Of a DNA stretch of 64,000 nt, positions 55,001-64,000 are shown in pieces. Numbering within the stretch: the first letter of the stretch is position 1; each line of letters starts with the position of its first letter. Below the pieces are notes generated by a model. That model did not search any database. It worked only from the letters and a program-made list of their open reading frames with translations, and was not told the DNA's origin. Made by a program: the position numbers and the translations under genes. The stretch is from Azolla caroliniana (lineage: Eukaryota; Plantae; Polypodiophyta), in assembly GCA_043228905.1 (NCBI GenBank), contig JBHGNT010000058.1, forward strand, positions 62,001 through 126,000, in the 5' to 3' direction.

Positions 55001-56901
55001 TCGGCTCTCACCCAAGAGACTCGGGTTTAATTCCCAGAAATGGAAATGACAATATCATATATTAAACTTCCGACGCATATCATGTGTTAATTGTTTGATA
55101 ACTTAGAAACTCAAGACCTAAACTAGGTGTTACAATAATGTACAATTAACAAAATAACGTTTGAAGGATTGATGATGAACTTTACTTTGATTTTTTTCTC
55201 CTAACATCAATTTGTAAACTTAATCCCATTATTCGATTAATTCTAGAGATTTCAAATGAAATTGGACCAAACATTACGTTGTTCGGGACAACAAGAAGCA
55301 GTATATTTAGTTGTGGTTATTACTCAACATTGTTACGATAAATTAGTACACCAATAATTATAGGTTGGATAACTTGATACAATTTCGAACAATACATATA
55401 CATTGCAAAATAATGGTCAACTGTCGAATAATGGTGAATTCTCGATGAGGATTGCACCATGTTTCTTTATTTGAAGTAAAGCACTAGAATATTATATTAG
55501 CTAATTCATTTACTAAATGAATTCCATTGTAGTCTAGTTGGTTCAGATCCATGATGTTTACACGAGACTCCCGGGTACAGCAATTGGCATGGGAAAAACT
55601 AGATACAACATAGATCATGAGTTAATATTGCATCGATGGAAACCGTTGAAATTATTAAATATTAAAAACGAGAGTGTCTTAGAGTAATCCTGTGTTTCTC
55701 ATTGATACTTACGGATTATATAAATATTATTTATTACTAATCAATGATTGCAATCTTGAAAAGTACACAAGGTATGATCCATTGTAGTCTAGTTGGTTAG
55801 GATACTAGGCTCTCACATGAGATAGCCGGGTTCAACTCCCAACAATGGAAACGACAATATCATATATTAAATTTCCGACGCATATGATGTTTTAATTGTT
55901 TGATAACTCAAAAACTCAAGATTATGTTTGAAGGATTGATGACGATCTTTCCTCCATCAACATTCCAAAAATACGCATAGATTGTCGAATAATGGTGAAT
56001 TCTCGATTAGAATTGCACCATGTTTCTTTATTTGAACGAAAGCACTTGAATATTACAATAACCAATTCTTTTACTAAATGAATTCCATTGTAGTCTAGTT
56101 CGTTCAGATCCTTGTTTTTTACACAAGACTCCCGGGTACAACAATAGGCATTGGAAAAACTAGATACATCATAGATGATGAGGTATTGTCGCATCGATAA
56201 AAACTGTTGAAATTATTAAATCTTAAAAACGAGAGTTTGTTAGAATAATCCTCAGTTTCTCGTTGATGCTTGCGCAATATATAAATATTATTTATTACTA
56301 ATCTATGATTGCAATATTAAAAACTACACAAGATATGATCCATTGTAGTCTAGTTGATTAGGATACTCGGCTCTCACCCGAGAGACCTGGGCCGGGTTCA
56401 ACTCCCGGCAATGGAAACGACAATATCATATATTGAATTTCCGATGGATATCATGTGTTAACTATTTGATAACTCAAAAAATAAAGACCTAAACTAGACA
56501 ATTAACAAAATAATCAATATTATGTTTGAAGGATTGATGGCGAACTTTACTTTAATTTTTTTCTCCTAACATCAATTTCTAAACTTAATCCCATTATTCG
56601 ATTAATGGTAGAGCTTTCAAATGAAATTGGACAAAACATTATGTTGTTCGAGACAACAAGAAGAAGTATATTTGGTTGTGGTTATTCGTCAACATTGGTA
56701 CGACAAATTAGTACACCAACAATTACAGTTGGGATAACTCGATACAATTTCACACAATACGCATAGAATACAAAATAATGTTCAACTGTCGACAAGCATT
56801 GCACCATGTTTCTTTATTTGTAGCAAAGCACTAGAATAGTACATTAACTAATTCATTTACTCAATGTATTCCATTGTAATCAAGTTGCTTCGAATCGCTG
56901 A

Positions 56902-59391
56902 TTTTTTTTTTTCCAAAAAAAAAAACTACTACCATTAGTTATGCAATGTACAAAGGATAATTTACAACTCATATCTTATAAGACATCTTGCATGTCGAAG
57001 GAAAAGAATATGTGTAGATGAAACAACAAAGAAAAAAAACTCCAAAGCACCACATCATTCGATGTGTATAGCATAACTCGAACACATATTCTCCACGTGA
57101 GCCTGATACAAGCAGAAGTTAGAATAGATGTCCTCCATTCGCTCCTCAAGGCAGCACCCATCTAGATGTTAGGTACACTTGGAGGGAACAACCATCGTGG
57201 TGGTTGATAATTCCACTTCACTTTACCATCCATTAGATGTAGCATCGACGAACTCCATTTCAGCAAGAAACGAGCTCTCGCTTCTTCACTTGCGTCAGAT
57301 GGCCCTTGAAGACTTTCAAACTCACCTCGCAACATAGAAATAAGATTGAACCAGATCATCATTAGATTCTCTGCCGGCGGGGTTCGTTTACCTGTGAAGG
57401 TCTCCTTGCACCTAGATACCCACACTTGCCAGACCGTAAGGCCGACCACTAATACCTATATGTCCACGCAACGTTCCTGTAAGAAGAATAAACCTCCTTG
57501 CGTTAGTTGCACAGATCCTTGTATCACCTTTAAAGAAGGATTGTTTCCATTCCACCCTTGAAACCACGAGGCCGATTCAATGGCCAACCAAGTGATTGCT
57601 GCGCTCGATACATGAACCTCAACCCCGAACCGAGCCAAGTTTCTTAACCTCCTCAACCAATTTTCTTGCGCTCGAGGGCAACACTACAAACAATGAGCGA
57701 TGTCCTCCAAGCTTGCACTACATGCCTTCCAACCACTCATGCCACCTCTATTCCCAAGCCACTCTCCCGTTGGAACAACCCGATGGGTGATTAACCAAAA
57801 AAACACTTTGATCCGCTCGGGAAGGGATGAGTTCCATATCCTGCTCCTAGTTCTATCCACGAAGGCTAACTTGATAGCTGCATAGGACCACTTGTTGGCA
57901 CACTTCTCACGATACGAACCTAACTTTCTCCCCAACCGCGTCGAGTATTCGAAGAAACCTAATGATTTATCTTGTTCTCCCTTCCACGTATATTCAACGG
58001 GATCCCATTCTACGAGCTCGAGAGGCTTGGCTTCAACCACGTACAAGATCCAATCCTCCTCAACCTCTTCGACTGGTGGATTCACCTTCCATTTCTTTCC
58101 GACTCTTGCCACAATTCTAATCGGGTACCAGCCTGCACTTTCATCTAATAATCCAATCTGGACGGTCTTCCCATTCTTTCCTAGACCCCTGACATTGATA
58201 ATTTTTCCGGTATCATCACATTGTCCGGACCATTCACCCTCTTCCTCATTACCAATAGGAAGCGAGGAGAGAGCTGTATTGACTACGTCAAGCATCTTTC
58301 TGCCATTTCGGACCTTTCCCAAGTCTTCATATAGTTGATCACGATTATTGTCGGACAGCCGCATCCAATAAGCCACCAACTGTATCCCTAGACAATACAA
58401 TGTAGCCCACGGTATGTGCTTGCTTTGTCCAAGCATCGTTCCTTCTGGCGATTGTACGATCTCGTTCCACAGTAGGGGTTGGCGCATCCATTTAACACTC
58501 GTACTTGGACGATTCTGACTTAGATGCCCACGGAGCATACTCCACGCCTGCATCCCTGACATACAAGTACGATCAGCCAACCGGTTAGATTTCCTCAACT
58601 TTAAGGCCATACAAAAAGGCCACACTTTGTGTGACTTCCAATGCCCACCCAGTCTTGGACTCCCGACAATGCTCCTATTATGTATCAATGTTTTCCATAA
58701 CTCGTTACCAGGTAGCAAGCTCCTTACCAATACCTTACATAACAATGCTTGACTCTGCAATCAAGGGTCAACCAATCCTAAACCCCCCTTACTCTTGGGA
58801 AGAACCAACGTAGACCATGATACTTTGGCTGCCGCGTTGTCTTTCCTCATCCCAGCCCAAAGGAATCCCCTAATACACGCTTTAACATTACGAATAGCTT
58901 TCTTGTCAAACATCCACACTGAAACTGCATGCCATAATGTAGACAAGAACACATGGTTAGCTACTATGATCCTGCCAGCCAATGATAAGTTCATCCCTGA
59001 CCAGTTGCAAATTTTGTCACAGATTTTGCTTTGAATTTGTTGCAACTGAATTCCTTTGTCGATATCTACCCCAATCCACGTTCCCAGATACCGAGTGGCT
59101 TCCCCGTTTGCAATCCATTTGAATTCAACATTTGGCTTCCAAACAGGCTCGGACTCCAAGATGATCGAAAAACCCTTGGACTTCTTCCAATTGATGGACG
59201 CTACCAATACCTTGCAAAAGAGCTCAATAACACTCTGTGCGCTCTCAAGATTCGCTTCATTTTCTTGGAGGTATAGCATCGTATCGTCCGGGAACTCCGA
59301 CTCCAGCAGGGACTTCCTTGAATTAGGGATCGAAAAACCATGAAGATTTGCCCCTTGACTGTTAAAAAGGCAGACATTGCTTCAGTAATAA
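56902..59391 (-). mobile_element. Duplicate of the 5'-truncated LINE
   Basis: Same 5' and 3' junctions and the same premature stops as 1774-4265, with only about 8-10 differences seen. Confidence 0.93.
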
Positions 59392-62300
59392 ACTCGAAAC
59401 GTGCGGGTACAAGTACAGGCATAGGAAAAACTAGATACATTATATGTCATGAGTTAATGTGGCATCGATAAAAACCCGTGAAATTATTAAATCTTAAAAA
59501 TGTGAGTGTGTTAGAATAATCCTCTATTTCTTGTTGATGCTTGCGCAATATATAAATATAATTTATTACTAATCAATTATTGCAATATTAAAGCGTGTAC
59601 AAGATGTGATCTATTGAAGTCTATTTGGTTAGAATACTCGGTTCCTTGCTTTTTACCTGAGACGCCCGGGTACAACTAGATATATCAGATATCATGAGTT
59701 ATTCAATCTTAAACGAGGTTTTTGATGAAATTTTACAAAACATTATGTTGTTCGTGACAAAAAGAAGCAGTATATTTACTTGGGGCTATTCCTCAACATC
59801 GTTACGACAAATTAGTACACCAATAATTATAGTTTCGATAAGTTGATACAATTTCGAAAAATACGCATACATTGTCAAATAATGGTGTACTCTCGATGAG
59901 CAATGCACCATGTTTCTTTATTTGAAGCAAAGAACTAGAATATTACATTAACAAATTCATTTACTAAATGAATTCCATTGTAGTCTAGTTGGTTCACATC
60001 CTTGTTTTTTACATGAGACTCCCGGGTAGAACAATTGGCATTGGAAAAACTAGATACATCATAGATCATGAGTTAATATCGCATCGAAAAAAACACTTGA
60101 AATTATTAAATCTTAAAAACGAGAGTGTGTTAGAATAATCATCAGTTTCTAGTTGATGTTTGCGCACTATATAAATATTATTTATTACTAATCAATCATT
60201 GCAATATTAGAAAGTACACAAGATATGATCCATTGTAGTCTAGTCGGTCGACACAGATCTTATGTTAACTGTTTGATAACTCAAAAACTGAAGGCCTAAA
60301 GTAGATGCTATAATAATGTACAATTAACAAAATAATCAATATTATGTTTGAAGGATTGATGACGAGCTTTACTTTAATTTTTTTCTCCTAACATCAATTT
60401 CTAAACTTCATCCCATTATTCAATTAATAGTAGAGGTTTCAAATGAAATTTGACAAAACATTATGTTGTTCGTGACAAGAAGAAGCAGTATATTTAGTCG
60501 TGGTTATTATTCAACATGGTTACGACAAATTAGTACACAGACAATTATTGTTTGGATAACTGGATAGAATTTCCAAAAATATGCATAGATTGTAGAAGAA
60601 TGATGAACTCTCGATCAACATTGGACCATATTTTTTTATTTGAAACAAAGCACTAGAATATTACATTAACTAATTCATTGACTTATGAATTCCATTGTAG
60701 TCTGGTTGGCATTGGCAAAACTAAACACATCCTAGATCATGAGGTAATGTCGCATCGATAAAAACCCTTGAAATTATTAAATCTTAAAAACGAGAGTGTG
60801 TTAGAATAATCCTTAGTTTTTCGTTGATGCTTGCGCAAAATATAAATATTATTTATTTCTAATCAATGATTGCAATATTAAAAAGCACACAATATGTGAT
60901 CCATTGTAGTCTAGTTGGTTAGGATACTCCGGTCTCACCCGAGAGACCCGGATTCAACTCCCGGCAATGGAAACGACAATGTCATATATTAAATTTCCGA
61001 CGCATATCATCTGTTAACTGTTTGATAACTGAAAAACTCAAGACCTAAATTTCCGACTCCCGGATACAACAAAAGGCATTGGAAAAACAAGATACATCAT
61101 AGATCATTAGGTAATGTTGCATCGATAAAAACCCTTGAAATTATTTAATCTTAAAAACGAGAGTGTGTTAGAATAATCCTCAGTTGCTCGTTGATACTTG
61201 CGCCATATATAAATATTATTTATTACTAATGTAAATAATGTACAATTAACAAAATAATCATTATTATGTTTGAAGGATTGATGATGAACTTTCCTTTCAT
61301 TTTTTTCTCCTAACATCAATTTCTCCTCAACTTAATCCAATTATTTAATTAATAGTAGAGGTTTTAAATGAAATTTGACAAAAGATTATGTTGTTCGGGA
61401 CCAGAAGAAGCAGTATATTTACTCGTGGTTATTTCTCAACATGGTTACGACAAATTAGTACACCGACAATTATAGTTTGGATAACTTGATAGAATTTCCA
61501 AAAATACGAATAGTTTGTAGAATAATGGTGAACTCTCGAACAACATTGTAGCATATTTCTTTATTTGAAGCAAAGCACTAGAATATTACATTAACTAATT
61601 CATTTACTAAATGAATTCCATTGTAGTCTAGTTGGTTCGGATCCTTGTTTTTCACACGAGACTCCCGGGTATAACAATTAGCGGTAGATTTGTTTGTGGT
61701 TAGTCATCAACATTGTTACGATAAATTAGGACACCAACAATTATAGTTTGGATAACTTGATACAATTTCAATCAATACGCATAGATTGCAAAATAATGGT
61801 CAACTATCTACAAGCATTGCACCATGTTTCTTTCTTTGTAGCACAACACTAGAATAGTACATTAAGTAGTTCATTTACTCAATAATGGTCAACCCGTGAA
61901 ATGATTAAATCTTAAAAACGAGAGTGTGTTAGTATAATCCTCTGTTTCTCATTAATGCCTGCGCAATATATAAATATTATTTATTTCTAAGCAATGATTG
62001 AAAAAGAACACTAACTGTGATCCATTGTAGTCTAGTTGCTTAGGATACTCGGCTCTCATCGGAGAGACCCGTGTTCAATTCCCAGCAACGGAAACGACAA
62101 TATCGTATATTAAATTTTCTACGCATATCATGTGTTAACTGTTTGATAACTCAAAAACTCAAGACCTAAAGTCGGTGTTACAATAATGTATAATTAACAA
62201 AATAATCAATATTATGTTTGAAGGACTGATAAAGAACTTTACTTTGATTTTTTCCTCCTAATATCAATTTCTAAACTTAATCCCATTATTCAATTAATGG

Positions 62301-63818
62301 TAGAGGTTTCGAATGAAACTAGACCAAACATTAGGTTGTTCGGGACAACAGGAAGCAGTATATTTAGTTATGGTTATTCCTCAACATTGTTACGATAAAT
62401 TAGTAGACCAACAATTATAGTTTGGATAACTTGATACAATTTCAAGCAATACGCATAGATTGCAAAATAATGGTCAACGCTTGACAAGTTTTGCACCAGG
62501 TTTCTTTATTTGTAGCAAAGCACTAAAATAGTACATTAACTAATTTATTTACTAAATGAATTCCATTGTAATCCAGTTGTCTCAAATTGTAGATTTTTAC
62601 TCGAAACGTGCGGGGACAAGTACAGGCATAGGAAAAACTAGATAGATTATATATCATGAGTTAATGTGGCATCGATAAAAACGCGTGAAATTATTAAATC
62701 TTAAAAACGAGAGTTTGTTAGAATAATCCTCTGTTTCTTGTTGATGCTTGTGCAATATATAAATATTATTTATTACTGATCAATGATTGCAATATTAAAA
62801 ACTGTACAAGATGTAATCCATTAAAGTCTAGTTGGTCAGAATACTTGGCTCTCACGCGAGGTACCCGTGTTGAACTCTTGGCAATAGAAAGGATAACTCA
62901 AAAACTTAAGACGTAAAGTAGTTACAATAATGTACAATTACCAAAATAATCATTATTATGTTGGAAGGATTGATAAAGAACTTTGGTTTGAGTTTTTTCT
63001 CCGCACATCAATTTCTAAACTTAATACGAATATTCTATTAATAGTAGAGGTTTCTAATGAGCTTTGACAAAAGATTATGTGGTTTGGGACAAGGAGAAGA
63101 AGTATATTTAGTCGTGGTTATTCCTTAACATTGTTACGACAAAGTAGTACACCAAGAATTATAGTTTGGATAATTTGATACAATTTCCAAAAATACGCAT
63201 AGATTGTCGAATAATGGTGAATTCTCGATGACCATTGCACCATGTTTCTTGATTTGAAGTAAAGTACTAAAATATTAGATTACCTAATTCATTTACTAAA
63301 AGAATTCCAGTGTAGTCTAGTTGGTTCGTATCCTTGTTTTTTACACGAGACTCCCGGGTACAACAATTGGCATTGGAAAAACTAGCTACATCATAGATCA
63401 TGAGTTAATATCACATCAATAAAAACCATTCAAATTATTAAATCCTAAAAACGAGAGTTTGTTAGAATAGTGCTCAGTTTCTCGGTGACGCTTGCGCAAC
63501 ATATAAATATTATTTATTACGAATGAATGATTGCAATATTAAAAAGTACACAAGATATGATACATTATAGTCTAGTTGGTTATGATACTCGGCTCTCACC
63601 CGAGAGACCCGGTTTCAACTCCCGGCAATGGAAACGAAAATAATACATTTTAAATTTCCGACGCATATGTTTTGTTAACTGTTTGATAATTGAAAAACTC
63701 AAGACCTAAAGTAGATGTTATAATAATGTACAATTAACGAAATAATCAATATTATGTGTGAAGGATTGAGGACGAACTTTGCTTTGATATTTTTCTCCTA
63801 ACATCAATTTTTCAACTT

Positions 63819-64000
63819 TGCGTATGTTTTAGTAGTACATGACAGTAGAATGAAATTGCACAGGTAACATCAAACTGAAGAATAGAATATAACGTTAATC
63901 TAAATTGATAAAGTTTTATATTATATACCTGTGTCAGAAAACTAATCTAAAACCCATTGAAAATTTGAAACCATAAAATTTGAAAAAATAAAAAATCTTG
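63819..64000. mobile_element. Start of the second copy of the 8693-11563 insert
   Basis: tgcgtatgttttagtagtacatgacag... matches 8693 onward. Confidence 0.9.

Larger units (their letters stand above)
1..63818 (+). repeat. tRNA-Glu-derived tandem satellite, ~790-bp unit, heavily rearranged and interrupted by transposable elements
   Basis: The consensus TCCATTGTAGTCTAGTTGGTTAGGATACTCGGCTCTCACCCGAGAGACCCGGGTTCAACTCCCGGCAATGGAA recurs about 65-70 times (eye count) with shared spacers. Full-unit spacing examples are 6895->7691 (796 bp) and 16355->17150 (~795 bp). Many units are shortened by deletion. Confidence 0.96.
55112..64000 (+). repeat. Segmental duplication / macro-repeat copy 2 (matches 1-8875; runs off the window end)
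   Basis: caagacctaaactaggtgttacaataa at position 1 matches 55112, and ...aaaaatcttg at 8875 matches 64000. Confidence 0.97.

Noticed and set aside
56902-59391. Second independent site-specific LINE insertion
   Set aside because: It has an identical truncation point, stops and kilobases of flank, so it is part of the 55-kb duplication and is counted once.

Overview
This is AT-rich eukaryotic heterochromatin-like DNA with no host protein-coding gene. A non-seed land plant such as a moss is my best guess, inferred from the plant-type tRNA-Glu sequence and the Tcn1-like chromovirus. About 50 of the 64 kb is a degenerate head-to-tail satellite built from a tRNA-Glu gene. The unit is ~790 bp and I count roughly 65-70 recognisable tRNA-Glu(CTC/TTC) copies by eye, all on the + strand and nearly all with disabling substitutions. 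The unit resolves into three ~255-280 bp monomers: A has a near-intact tRNA, B a decayed tRNA, and C a barely recognisable one. The array is interrupted by a 5'-truncated L1/Tx1-like LINE (1774-4265, again at 56902-59391), a 2.9-kb insert with an inverted array of ~50-bp palindromes (8693-11563) flanked by a 1.3-kb direct duplication, a solo LTR with a 4-bp TSD (17906-19201), and a near-complete but defective Ty3/gypsy chromovirus (27990-33105). The chromovirus has a 5-bp TSD, an apparent self-priming PBS and tRNA-like A/B boxes in its LTRs. Bases 1-8875 recur almost identically at 55112-64000, implying a ~55.1-kb duplication or higher-order repeat. All three independent retroelement insertions fall inside the decayed monomer-B tRNA, about 190-245 bp upstream of the next tRNA-Glu copy.
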